DNA of 64,000 bases from Desulfosudaceae bacterium (GTDB lineage: Bacteria; Desulfobacterota; Desulfobacteria; Desulfobacterales; Desulfosudaceae): contig CAXXDV010000003.1 of the NCBI GenBank assembly GCA_963674745.2, positions 416,001 through 480,000 of the forward strand. The letters are read 5' to 3'. A program made the position numbers and the translations under genes. This document shows, piece after piece, positions 29,801 through 39,177 of this stretch. Position 1 is the stretch's first letter, and every line of letters begins with the position of its first letter. Below the pieces are notes generated by a model. It had not been told where the DNA came from. It searched no databases and saw only the letters and a program-made list of their open reading frames with translations.

Positions 29801-30030
29801 GGATTTCACGGATTACACGGGATAAAGGCGACCGGCGGGGCGCCCCAGGGACCGTGGGGAACGTCCATGAACAATGTAGGGGCAGGCCCCCGTGCCTGCC
29901 CGGTGAAGGGCAACCACAGGGGGTTGCCCCTACAGGCCTTGGGTATTAAGAACAACCGCGGGTTGCCCCTACGAGGCCAGACATTACCAAGGTCTACTTA
30001 AAAAACTTTAAAACCTAAAACTTTTTAAAC
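29801..30030. repeat. Mosaic repeat cluster: CACGGATTACAC motif, partial REPs, 58-bp REP doublet, reverse-strand octamer array
   Basis: 58-bp GTAGGGGCAGGCCCCCGTGCCTGCCCGGTGAAGGGCAACCACAGGGGGTTGCCCCTAC (29876-29933) identical to 50582-50639; partial REPs at 29827-29846 and 29953-29972. Confidence 0.85.
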
Positions 30031-30142
30031 AATTGTGAAATAAGCCAAAAAAGGATTGCCATAAAGCCATAATAGTGCCATTATTCGAAAAATATGGGGA
30101 CAGGTCATCAAGTTTAAAATTATTTAATAAAATAGGGTTGTT

Positions 30143-31180
30143 ATGATTCGAGCGGTTGTCGTTGGCGCTACCGGATATGCCGGCGCCGAACTGGTCCGGC
30201 TGTTGGCCGGGCATGTGGACGTGACGGTCACCATGGTTACATCCCGTCAGTATGCCGGGCAGTCAATGTCAGATATCTATCCGGCCTTTGGTGGTACTGT
30301 GGATATAACCATCAGTGAATTCTCCGCTGATGCAGTAGCAGATAACGCGGATGTGGTATTTACGGCGCTGCCCCACGAGTTACCCATGACCATTGTTCCA
30401 GGTCTGGTGGATCGCGGATGCCGTGTCATCGATTTATCGGCTGATTTCCGGTTTTCCGATCCGCTGGTCTATGAAACCGCCTACCAGAAACATACCGCCC
30501 CGGATTATTGCGCCCAAAGCGTGTATGGCCTGTGTGAGATATATCCGGATCAAATTAAAACGGCCCGCCTGATAGGCAATCCCGGATGTTATCCCACCAG
30601 TGTCCTGCTTCCGCTTATTCCGTTGGTAAGAGAAAAAATCATCAAGATTGAAACCATTATTGCGGATGCCAAATCGGGTGTCAGCGGTGCCGGCCGGTCG
30701 CTGTCTTTAGGGACGCATATCTGTGAGGTCAGTGAATCCTTCAAGGCCTATAAAGTCAACAGCCATCGCCATGCCCCGGAAATGGAGAGTGTGTTAAGTG
30801 CCGAGGCGGGCGCTGCCGCCCGGCTGGTGTTCGTACCCCATCTGGTGCCCATGATTCGGGGGATGCTGACCACGATTTATGCCGATCTGCAAAAAGATGT
30901 GTCCGTTGGACATGTCCTGGATATACTGGGTGAAACTTACAACAACAAAAAGTTTGTTCGCCTTTGTCCGGAAGGGCGTTTCCCTGAGACAAGATTCGTA
31001 CGCGGCAGCAATTATTGCGATATCGGCGTGGCCGTGGACACCCGGAGCCGGCGGTTGATACTGGTGTCGGCAATTGATAACCTTGTCAAAGGCGCATCCG
31101 GACAGGCGGTTCAGAATATGAACCTGATGTTTAATATTGACGAGAGCCGGGGACTTGATATGATGCCCTTTCCAGTTTAA
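30143..31180 (+). CDS. argC: N-acetyl-gamma-glutamyl-phosphate reductase
   Basis: VGATGYAG, IDLSADFR, NPGCYPT, SGVSGAGR, DNLVKGASGQAVQNMN. Confidence 0.96.
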   Translation: MIRAVVVGATGYAGAELVRLLAGHVDVTVTMVTSRQYAGQSMSDIYPAFGGTVDITISEFSADAVADNADVVFTALPHELPMTIVPGLVDRGCRVIDLSADFRFSDPLVYETAYQKHTAPDYCAQSVYGLCEIYPDQIKTARLIGNPGCYPTSVLLPLIPLVREKIIKIETIIADAKSGVSGAGRSLSLGTHICEVSESFKAYKVNSHRHAPEMESVLSAEAGAAARLVFVPHLVPMIRGMLTTIYADLQKDVSVGHVLDILGETYNNKKFVRLCPEGRFPETRFVRGSNYCDIGVAVDTRSRRLILVSAIDNLVKGASGQAVQNMNLMFNIDESRGLDMMPFPV

Positions 31181-31274
31181 CGACAGGTAAAGGGGTGCCG
31201 TCCCATTGGAACGGTTTGGGGGTGCCCGTGGCCGTGTGCTTCACCGGGCAAAATAACGATGATATAGGGAGGTT

Positions 31275-32531
31275 ATGATGGGTATGCAAAAAGAAAGAAT
31301 TGTCTTGCTGGTTTGCTGTGTGATGATCATGGCACTGGCTGGCCTGGGGGTCAGCGGCTGCTCTTCCGACAAGAGCACCGAAACACCCAAGGCTGAAAAA
31401 GCCGTGGAACAGCCTGCGGCCGAAAAGGCTGCTGAAAAACCGGCAGTTGAAAAGGAAACAGCCAAGGCAGAAGAAGGTTGCGGCAAAGAAGAACCCGCCA
31501 AAGAAGAACCTGCACCCAAAAAGAAAGGCCCTTCTCTGGATCAGTGGAAACCGGCCTTTGACCCTTCAGGTGCTGAATACAAATGTATTGTATCTAATGT
31601 GTCCCATCCGGTTATCAAGGGGGTTTACGCCGGATTTGCCATTCGTGACGCGCTGTGGGAGGCGACCAACGGGCGGATTTACCTTGATTATAAACCGTTT
31701 TCCATGCTCGGTGGAGAAGTCGAAGTGCTGAACCAGCTTCAGATGGGTGCCATTCAGGGTATGGCCGTGAGCTCAGTGGCCGCCACCAACCTCGGTCCCC
31801 GGTTCGGATTGATCAACCTGCCGTTTCTGATCAATTCCTTTGACAAACTGGACAAATTTATTGCCAGCGGTGACCTGTTTGAACATTTTATGATGGCCAT
31901 GGATCACCAGGGCATCATCGGCCTTGATATCACCGGTTATGGAAATTACGGCTGGGCAACCACCACCCCGGTCAGAAAAATCGAAGACGCCAAAAAGGTC
32001 AAGTTCCGTATTGCCGAAGCCGCGGTAAACAATCTGGCTTACAAGGCCTGGGGGTTCAACCCGGTGGTCATGCCCTGGCCGGACGTGCCGGTGGCATTGA
32101 AGCAGGGCGTTATCGACGGCCTGGATCATACCCCCATGGTATGCAACATTACCAAGAAGTTTGAGGTCTGCAAATATTTCACCCAGCTTAACTATGCCCA
32201 GGGCCTGTTTATCTGGATTTTTAACAAGGCCTGGTTTGAAAGCCTGCCCGAAGACCTGCAGCAGACTTTTACGGAAGTGGTTCACAAGGTGTGCGCGGAC
32301 ATTCGCAAGCAGACCGTGTTGCAGGAAGATGAACAAATCGCCGCCGCCAAGGCCAACGGCATCGAGTTTATCACGTTGCCCGAAGATGAGATGGCCCTGT
32401 TGAAAAAACAGGCCAACGACGTCTATGGGGAATTCTCTGAAGAAATTAACAAACTGTATCCTGGAGATACTTACCGCCCGGAAAACTACCTCAAGGAAGT
32501 TGAGGCCTATATGGGTTACAGCGTGGATTAA
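31275..32531 (+). CDS. dctP: TRAP transporter substrate-binding protein (lipoprotein)
   Basis: Lipobox-like VSGC, EK/AP-rich linker, LGGEVEVLNQLQMG, KFR, MPWPDV..ALKQGVIDG. Confidence 0.88.
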   Translation: MMGMQKERIVLLVCCVMIMALAGLGVSGCSSDKSTETPKAEKAVEQPAAEKAAEKPAVEKETAKAEEGCGKEEPAKEEPAPKKKGPSLDQWKPAFDPSGAEYKCIVSNVSHPVIKGVYAGFAIRDALWEATNGRIYLDYKPFSMLGGEVEVLNQLQMGAIQGMAVSSVAATNLGPRFGLINLPFLINSFDKLDKFIASGDLFEHFMMAMDHQGIIGLDITGYGNYGWATTTPVRKIEDAKKVKFRIAEAAVNNLAYKAWGFNPVVMPWPDVPVALKQGVIDGLDHTPMVCNITKKFEVCKYFTQLNYAQGLFIWIFNKAWFESLPEDLQQTFTEVVHKVCADIRKQTVLQEDEQIAAAKANGIEFITLPEDEMALLKKQANDVYGEFSEEINKLYPGDTYRPENYLKEVEAYMGYSVD

Positions 32532-32556
32532 AAAGGGCGTAAAATAACTGGCAGTG

Positions 32557-32594
32557 ACAGGAGGCCGTGTGACGGCCTCCTGTTTTCTGTTTTT
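32557..32594 (+). terminator. Stem-loop/terminator between dctP and dctQ
   Basis: ACAGGAGGCCGT-GTG-ACGGCCTCCTGT 12-bp stem followed by a T-rich tract. Confidence 0.75.
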
Positions 32595-32627
32595 TACGGC
32601 CCGGTCGAATCCGGCGGGAGTCTGTAG

Positions 32628-33137
32628 ATGGTTGAAAAAACATTAAGAATATTGGACAAAGCGCTCTCATTTTTTGAGTCTTGGACGCTTTTTATAACGG
32701 TCTTTATCGCTTTAATCGCCCTGTTTGTAAATGTCGTGCTGCGTTATGGTTTTAATTATTCCCTGGCCTGGTCAGAGGAGTTGATCCGGATTGTGATTGT
32801 TTATACGACCCTGATCGGTTGCAGCGCAGCGGTTAAAAGCGGCACCATGATAAAAATAGACGCATTGGTCCAGATTGTTCCCCGGCTGAAGACACCGCTT
32901 TCCTATTTCAGCAACCTGGTTACGCTGATCTTTTCGGGGATGCTGGTTTATTACGGATGGCAAATTGCCGCCATGCAGGCGAGGACCTGCCAGAAGACCG
33001 TTATTATGGAAATTCCTTATGTCCTTATATATGCCTTTCTGCCCCTGATGGGCGTTATGATGGGTATCCGAATCCTGCAGGTATTGTACCGGGATATAAC
33101 GGGACGGGATATTTTTAAACAGGAAAAGGATGCCTGA
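32628..33137 (+). CDS. dctQ: TRAP transporter small permease
   Basis: 4 TMs, NVVLRY, WSEEL, IKID. Confidence 0.9.
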   Translation: MVEKTLRILDKALSFFESWTLFITVFIALIALFVNVVLRYGFNYSLAWSEELIRIVIVYTTLIGCSAAVKSGTMIKIDALVQIVPRLKTPLSYFSNLVTLIFSGMLVYYGWQIAAMQARTCQKTVIMEIPYVLIYAFLPLMGVMMGIRILQVLYRDITGRDIFKQEKDA

Positions 33138-33188
33138 TAAAGGCTGGCTGGTTTTTTCGGGTATGCCAACCCAAAAGGCTGAAAAATT

Positions 33189-34484
33189 ATGGAAATAAGT
33201 TATCTTATTGTTCTGCTGATACTGCTCGGAACCATGGCCGCCTACGTGCCGGTATTTATGTGCCTGTTTTTTACGGCCGTGTTGAGTTTTATCTTTTTTA
33301 CTGACCTGCCGCTGCTGCTGCTGATTCAGACCTTGTTGAAGAGCCTGGACAATTTTGCCCTGGTGGTCGTGCTGTTTTTTATCTTGTGCGGAAACATTAT
33401 GACCGCCGGCTCCATTGTGGACCGGCTGATCAAGTTCGCCAACGTTCTGGTCAGCTGGCTGCCGGGAGGGCTTGGCATGGCCGGCGTGCTGGCTTGCGGG
33501 CTTTTTGGCGCTATTTCAGGTTCTACCGTGGCCACGGTGGTCGCTCTGGGGTCCTTCATGATTCCGGCCCTGATTGAAAACGGTTACAAAGAAAACTACA
33601 CCCTTGGTGTCATGACCACCTCGCCCAACCTGGGGGTTATTATTCCGCCCAGTATCGGTATGATTCTTTACAGCATGATCAGCAATGTGTCTCTGGAAGG
33701 ACTTTTCCTGACGGGTTTCGTGCCGGGCATGTTGATTATGCTCGGGGTTTGTGTTTACACCTACTTCGTATTCCGGAAAGATAAAGCCATCAAGGTCTCG
33801 CCTGTGCCCGGGCTGGCTGAGTTATGGGCGGTCTTCAAAGTAAGTGTCTGGTCCCTGCTGCTGCCGGTGATTATTTTCGGCGGGATTTTTTCCGGCATGT
33901 TTACCGCCAACGAGGCGGCGGTCGTGGCCTGCGTGTACGCCTTTATCGTCGAGTTATTTATTCATAAAAGCATTAAATTCGATGACGTCAAGCAGATCAC
34001 CGTGAGTTCGGCGGTCACATCGGCCACCTTGTTGATTATTGTGGCGGGTGCGACCTGTTTCGGCCGCTATCTGACCCTTGAAAATCTCCCGGGCCAGATT
34101 ACCGGTGCCGTTATCTCCAGTATTCAATCACCGGTTGCCTTTCTGCTGGTCATCAATGTCCTGCTCCTCGTCATCGGCATGTTCATGGATATCATTTCAG
34201 CCACCCTGATTCTGGGGCCGGTCTTTTTACCCATGCTGGGTGCATTTAATATTGATCCCATTCATTTCGGGTTGATTATGACGGTGAATCTTGCTATTGG
34301 ATATTGTACCCCGCCGATGGGGGTCAGTTTATATATTACCGGCGCCATCGCGGACCGGGACCTGATATATGTCTCCAAGGCCGTGTTGCCGTTTGTGATT
34401 ATTCAGTTGATCGTTCTGGGTATGATTACTTATCTGCCGGACGTCGTATTATGGTTACCCCGGATGCTGGGGTTTATTGGATAA
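33189..34484 (+). CDS. dctM: TRAP transporter large permease
   Basis: FGAISGSTVAT, IIPPS, FTANEAA, IDPIHFG, TPPMG. Confidence 0.92.
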   Translation: MEISYLIVLLILLGTMAAYVPVFMCLFFTAVLSFIFFTDLPLLLLIQTLLKSLDNFALVVVLFFILCGNIMTAGSIVDRLIKFANVLVSWLPGGLGMAGVLACGLFGAISGSTVATVVALGSFMIPALIENGYKENYTLGVMTTSPNLGVIIPPSIGMILYSMISNVSLEGLFLTGFVPGMLIMLGVCVYTYFVFRKDKAIKVSPVPGLAELWAVFKVSVWSLLLPVIIFGGIFSGMFTANEAAVVACVYAFIVELFIHKSIKFDDVKQITVSSAVTSATLLIIVAGATCFGRYLTLENLPGQITGAVISSIQSPVAFLLVINVLLLVIGMFMDIISATLILGPVFLPMLGAFNIDPIHFGLIMTVNLAIGYCTPPMGVSLYITGAIADRDLIYVSKAVLPFVIIQLIVLGMITYLPDVVLWLPRMLGFIG

Positions 34485-34523
34485 ACAACACATTTGGAAG
34501 AAAATGGAGAAAAGGAGTCGAAA

Positions 34524-35435
34524 ATGTCTGCAACATTAATCAAAGGAACTGAAATCCGGGAAGCGATCCTGGAAGAAATTACTGCTGAAGTTAAGGAGCT
34601 CAAGGAAAAACATGGCCAGGTACCCGGTCTGGTAACGATACTGGTAGGCGAAAATCCCGCTTCCATATCTTACGTGACGCTTAAAATCAAAACGGCCGAA
34701 CGGGTTGGCTTCAAGGAAGTACAGGATTCCCAGCCGATTGATATTTCCGAAGAAGACCTGCTGGCCCTGATTGATAAATACAACAATGACGACAGTATTG
34801 ATGGTATTCTGGTTCAGCTGCCGTTGCCGAAACAAATCGACGAAAAGAAGGTGCTCAATGCCATAAATCCGGACAAGGATGTGGATGGTTTTCACCCGGT
34901 CAACGTGGGCCGTCTGATGATCGGTGGCAATGAAGTCAAGTTTCCGCCCTGCACCCCGGCCGGGATCCAGGAAATGATCGTGCGGGCCGGTGTTGAGACC
35001 AGCGGCGCGGAAGTGGTCGTTGTCGGACGGTCCAATATTGTCGGCAAACCCATCGCGAATATGATGCTGCAGAAAGGTCCCGGCGCCAATTCCACGGTTA
35101 CCATTGTCCATACCCGTACCAAAGATATGGCCGCGCATTGCAAACGGGCCGATATCCTGATCGTGGCAGCCGGTGTCCCCGATCTGGTCAAACCGGAATG
35201 GATTAAACCCGGCGCCTGCGTTATCGATGTCGGCGTCAACCGCGTCGGCGAAAAGCCCAGTGCCAAAGATCCCAGCAAGATGGTAGCCGTTTTGAAGGGT
35301 GATGTTGATTTTGACGCTGCCAAGGAAATTGCCGGTTATATCACCCCGGTACCGGGCGGCGTCGGCCCCATGACCATTACCATGCTGATGAAAAACACCT
35401 TGAACTCGATGAAGTTCAAACTCGGTTTGATGTAG
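34524..35435 (+). CDS. folD: Bifunctional methylene-THF dehydrogenase/cyclohydrolase
   Basis: GILVQLPLP, KDVDGFHP, PCTPAG, GRSNIVGKP, TPVPGGVGPMT; start ATG 34524. Confidence 0.96.
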   Translation: MSATLIKGTEIREAILEEITAEVKELKEKHGQVPGLVTILVGENPASISYVTLKIKTAERVGFKEVQDSQPIDISEEDLLALIDKYNNDDSIDGILVQLPLPKQIDEKKVLNAINPDKDVDGFHPVNVGRLMIGGNEVKFPPCTPAGIQEMIVRAGVETSGAEVVVVGRSNIVGKPIANMMLQKGPGANSTVTIVHTRTKDMAAHCKRADILIVAAGVPDLVKPEWIKPGACVIDVGVNRVGEKPSAKDPSKMVAVLKGDVDFDAAKEIAGYITPVPGGVGPMTITMLMKNTLNSMKFKLGLM

Positions 35436-35445
35436 TTCATTTTTT

Positions 35446-35488
35446 TTCACACGCCGGCATAATATCCATGCCGGCGTGTGAATTTTTT
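35446..35488 (+). terminator. Intrinsic (possibly bidirectional) terminator after folD
   Basis: TTCACACGCCGGCAT...ATGCCGGCGTGTGAA stem followed by a T tract. Confidence 0.8.
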
Positions 35489-35537
35489 GTTGACAAAAGC
35501 TTGTAAAGAAGATTAAAAAGACTTTTGTCCACAAAGA

Positions 35538-35612
<75 letters not shown>

Positions 35613-35622
35613 TTTTTTTTTA

Positions 35623-35697
35623 GGCGGCATAGCCAAGTGGTAAGGCATCGGTCTGCAAAACCGACATTCTCCGGTTCAAATCCGGATGCCGCCTCCA
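35623..35697 (+). tRNA. tRNA-Cys (GCA)
   Basis: GGCGGCA acceptor stem, TCGGT-CTGCAAA-ACCGA anticodon arm, GGTTCAAATCC, UCCA end. Confidence 0.97.
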
Positions 35698-35725
35698 CCA
35701 CAACTCTCCCCGGGAACCAGCCAAG

Positions 35726-36559
35726 ATGAACAATGATTTTTGTATAATTCCGTTACGGGCGGCTGTGGAAGCCGGTACCGCTATTTTGGAAGTTTATGGG
35801 TCGGATTTTACCGTTGAACATAAAGCGGATGATTCGCCCCTGACGCTGGCTGACCGGCGGGCCCATAACATCATTATCGCCTACCTTGATGCTACCGATA
35901 TCCCTGTTTTGAGTGAAGAAGGGCGGAACATTCCTTTTGAAGAACGGCAGGGGTGGGAAAAGTTGTGGATTGTCGATCCGCTTGACGGTACCAAAGAGTT
36001 TATTAAACGTAACGGTGAATTTACCGTCAATATCGCGTTGATTGAAAACGGCCGGCCGGTTTTCGGTGTTGTATTCGTGCCCGTTAAATCCGTTCTGTAT
36101 TTCGGCGCCAGGGACCTGGGGGCTTATGTGATTGAAGACGCGGGTGTGATCAGCGATATTGCCGCCGGTAACATTGCGTCCATTGATGATGTGCTGGCCG
36201 GTGCGCTCAAATTGCCAAGAGCGCTGCCGCCACGGACAGTGATTAAAGTCGTCGGTAGCAGATCACATTTAACTGATGAAGTTAAAGCCTTTGTGGAAGA
36301 GATGCGAAGCAGGCATGGCGAGGTGGAATTTACCAGCGCCGGCAGCTCGCTTAAGATCTGCCTGGTTGCGACAGGTGAGGCGGATATTTATCCCCGACTG
36401 GGCCCCACCATGGAGTGGGATATCGCGGCGGGACACGCTGTCGCCGAAAATGCCGGCGCCCGTTTTTATTGCCATGGGACAAATCAGCCGATGGTATATA
36501 ACAGGGAGGATCTCCTGAATCCCTGGTTTGTGGTTGAACGGGCCGGTTTTTCAGACTGA
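35726..36559 (+). CDS. cysQ: 3'(2'),5'-bisphosphate nucleotidase
   Basis: KADDSPLTLAD, LSEEG, WIVDPLDGTKEF, GSSLK, YPRLGPTMEWDIAAG. Confidence 0.93.
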   Translation: MNNDFCIIPLRAAVEAGTAILEVYGSDFTVEHKADDSPLTLADRRAHNIIIAYLDATDIPVLSEEGRNIPFEERQGWEKLWIVDPLDGTKEFIKRNGEFTVNIALIENGRPVFGVVFVPVKSVLYFGARDLGAYVIEDAGVISDIAAGNIASIDDVLAGALKLPRALPPRTVIKVVGSRSHLTDEVKAFVEEMRSRHGEVEFTSAGSSLKICLVATGEADIYPRLGPTMEWDIAAGHAVAENAGARFYCHGTNQPMVYNREDLLNPWFVVERAGFSD

Positions 36560-36592
36560 TATGAACAGGTAACCCTAATCCGGAGGGACTGC

Positions 36593-38026
36593 ATGTTATT
36601 CCCTGTAATTCTGGCCGGGGGCTCTGGTACGCGACTCTGGCCGCTTTCCCGGCAATTTTATCCCAAGCAGGTTATGCCTTTGACCGGGCAAGACACCATG
36701 ATTCAGGAAACGGTTAACCGTCTGAAGAACGTCCCGGAGATTGGCGCTCCCATTGTCCTTTGTAACGACACCCATCGTTTTATGGTGGCCGAACAATTGC
36801 GCCGGAGTGATTCTCAATCGGCAACCATTGTGCTGGAACCGGTCGGGAGAAATACCGCGCCGGCAGTGGCAGTGGCGGCCCTTATGGGGCTGGAAAAGGA
36901 CAACGACGCCGTGCTTATGGTGATGCCTTCCGATCATTATATCGCCGACGGACGGGCTTTTCTGGAGGCCCTGGCTGTCGGTCGTATTTTCGCCGAACAG
37001 GGCGCGCTGATCACTTTCGGGGTGGTGCCGGACGCGCCTGAGACCGGTTATGGTTATATCAAAAAAGGCGGCCCCCCGGATATCCCCGGACAAGTGCCAC
37101 CGGCATCGGACGGGGTTGCCATGATTGATTCGTTTGTCGAAAAACCGGACAGAGAAACGGCCGAGGCATATCTCAAATCAGGGGAATATTTCTGGAACAG
37201 CGGTATGTTCATGTTTAAGGCCGGAAGCGTGATCGATGAGCTTGAGCGTTTTGCGCCGGAAATTGTGTCCCAATGCCGGGAGGCAGTGGCCAAAGGCCGG
37301 TCCGATCTTGATTTTTTCCGTCTGGATGAAACGGCTTTTACTGCCTGTCCGTCCGATTCCATCGACTACGCGGTAATGGAGAAAACCGATAAAGGGGTCA
37401 TGGTACCGTTGTCGGCCGGGTGGAACGACCTCGGTTCCTGGGAAGCCTTATGGGGCGTCGGCGGTAAAGACGATCAGAATAACGTGATAGAGGGAGATGT
37501 CGTTATTCATGACGTGACCAATTCTTATTTGCGTGCTTCTTCCCGGATGTTGGCCGCGGTCGGGATCGACAATCACATTGTCGTGGAAACCGCTGACGCC
37601 GTGCTGATTTCACCCCGCCACCGGGCCCAGGATGTTAAAGCGATTGTGGACCAACTCACGCAGGACAGTCGAAAGGAGGCCTTGAGCCACAAGACAGGCT
37701 ATCGACCCTGGGGGACGTGTGAACAACTGGTTGTTTCCCAACAGTTCCATGTTAACCGGCTGACTGTTCGGTGCGGGGAGAAGCTGTCCCTGCAAAAACA
37801 CCAGCATCGCGTTGAGCACTGGGTGGTTTTATCCGGAACGGCCCGGGTCACCAAGGGCGAACAGACCTTTGACCTGGTGGCCAACGAATCGGTCTATCTG
37901 CCGGCCGGTGTTGAACATCGACTGGAGAATATTGGAGATAACGCTCTGGACGTGATCGAGGTGCAGACCGGTAATTTTCTGGGAGAAGAAGATATTGAGC
38001 GACTGGAGGATGTTTACGGCCGATAG
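36593..38026 (+). CDS. manC: Mannose-1-phosphate guanylyltransferase/mannose-6-phosphate isomerase
   Basis: LAGGSGTRLWPLSR, EPVGRNTAPA, FVEKP, WNSGMF, SIDYAVME, C-terminal cupin (LSLQKH..R.EHW). Confidence 0.95.
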   Translation: MLFPVILAGGSGTRLWPLSRQFYPKQVMPLTGQDTMIQETVNRLKNVPEIGAPIVLCNDTHRFMVAEQLRRSDSQSATIVLEPVGRNTAPAVAVAALMGLEKDNDAVLMVMPSDHYIADGRAFLEALAVGRIFAEQGALITFGVVPDAPETGYGYIKKGGPPDIPGQVPPASDGVAMIDSFVEKPDRETAEAYLKSGEYFWNSGMFMFKAGSVIDELERFAPEIVSQCREAVAKGRSDLDFFRLDETAFTACPSDSIDYAVMEKTDKGVMVPLSAGWNDLGSWEALWGVGGKDDQNNVIEGDVVIHDVTNSYLRASSRMLAAVGIDNHIVVETADAVLISPRHRAQDVKAIVDQLTQDSRKEALSHKTGYRPWGTCEQLVVSQQFHVNRLTVRCGEKLSLQKHQHRVEHWVVLSGTARVTKGEQTFDLVANESVYLPAGVEHRLENIGDNALDVIEVQTGNFLGEEDIERLEDVYGR

Positions 38027-38070
38027 TATCCCGGATATTTCATGAATTTTATGATTTGGTGCTTTTAAAA

Positions 38071-39156
38071 ATGTTTAAATCGGAACGGAGAAAAACACGG
38101 CAGATTCATGTCGGTGATGTGGCCATTGGCGGTGACGCCCCGATTTCGGTTCAGTCCATGACCAATACGGTCACGGCCGATGTGACGTCCACGGTCGGAC
38201 AGATTGCCCGCCTCCAGGACGCGGGATGTGAAATTGTCAGGGTGGCGGTGCCGGATATGGAAGCCGCTGAGGCGATTCCATCTATTAAATCGGCGATCCA
38301 AATCCCCTTGATAGCCGATATTCATTTCAACTGGCGACTGGCCGTGGCCGCAATCGAAGCCGGAGCCGATGGTCTGCGGATTAATCCGGGTAATATCGGG
38401 GGCAAGGAGAAAACACTCAAAGTTATTGCCCGGGCAAAAGACAGGGGGGTGCCCATCCGCATCGGGGTTAATGCCGGATCCGTGGAAAAAGACCTTCTGG
38501 AAAAACACGGCGGCCCGACGCCGGCGGCCATGGCGGAGAGCGTTTTTCGCAATATCGAGTTGTTTCACGAGGCCGATTTTCATAATATCAAAATATCCAT
38601 CAAGGCTTCGGATGTTTATCGCACGGTCGAGGGTTACCGACTGGTCTCCGAACAGTGCGATTATCCCCTGCATGTCGGGGTTACGGAAGCAGGCGGGTTG
38701 TTCCCCGGGCTGGTCAAATCATCGGTGGGGATCGGGTTGTTGCTGGCCCGGGGGATCGGTGATACCATTCGGGTATCCCTGACCCGGGATCCGGTCGAAG
38801 AGATCAGGGCCGGGTTTGAGATTTTAAAAGCCCTGGACATTCGTCGGGTAGGACCGGAGATTATTTCCTGTCCCACTTGCGGGCGGTGCCGTATCGATCT
38901 TTTTTCAATAGCCGAAGCGGTGGAAAGCGGGTTGATGAAGATGCGGGCGCCCTTTTCCGTGGCAGTGATGGGATGTGCCGTGAATGGCCCGGGAGAGGCC
39001 AAAGAAGCGGATATCGGCATCGCCGGTGGTGATGGTGCCGGGGTATTGTTTAAAAAAGGACAGATCGTCGCCACCATGCCGGAAGATAAGCTGGTGGAAG
39101 CTTTGTTGACAGAGGCGGCGCGGCTGGAACAGGCATGGCAGAAGAATGAAGGCTGA
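38071..39156 (+). CDS. ispG: 4-hydroxy-3-methylbut-2-en-1-yl diphosphate synthase
   Basis: VQSMTNT, ADIHF, RINPGNIG, SCPTCGR, MGCAVNGPGEA. Confidence 0.96.
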   Translation: MFKSERRKTRQIHVGDVAIGGDAPISVQSMTNTVTADVTSTVGQIARLQDAGCEIVRVAVPDMEAAEAIPSIKSAIQIPLIADIHFNWRLAVAAIEAGADGLRINPGNIGGKEKTLKVIARAKDRGVPIRIGVNAGSVEKDLLEKHGGPTPAAMAESVFRNIELFHEADFHNIKISIKASDVYRTVEGYRLVSEQCDYPLHVGVTEAGGLFPGLVKSSVGIGLLLARGIGDTIRVSLTRDPVEEIRAGFEILKALDIRRVGPEIISCPTCGRCRIDLFSIAEAVESGLMKMRAPFSVAVMGCAVNGPGEAKEADIGIAGGDGAGVLFKKGQIVATMPEDKLVEALLTEAARLEQAWQKNEG

Positions 39157-39177
39157 AGATGAGTAAAGAGGAATATT

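Noticed and set aside
35691..35700. Genomic CCACCA at the tRNA-Cys 3' end
   Set aside because: A single 3-nt coincidence; normal 3' trimming would explain it
35726..38026. cysQ-manC as part of an island after tRNA-Cys or linked to the sulfation islet
   Set aside because: No att repeat or obvious compositional shift; the metabolic link is plausible but not supported by the sequence
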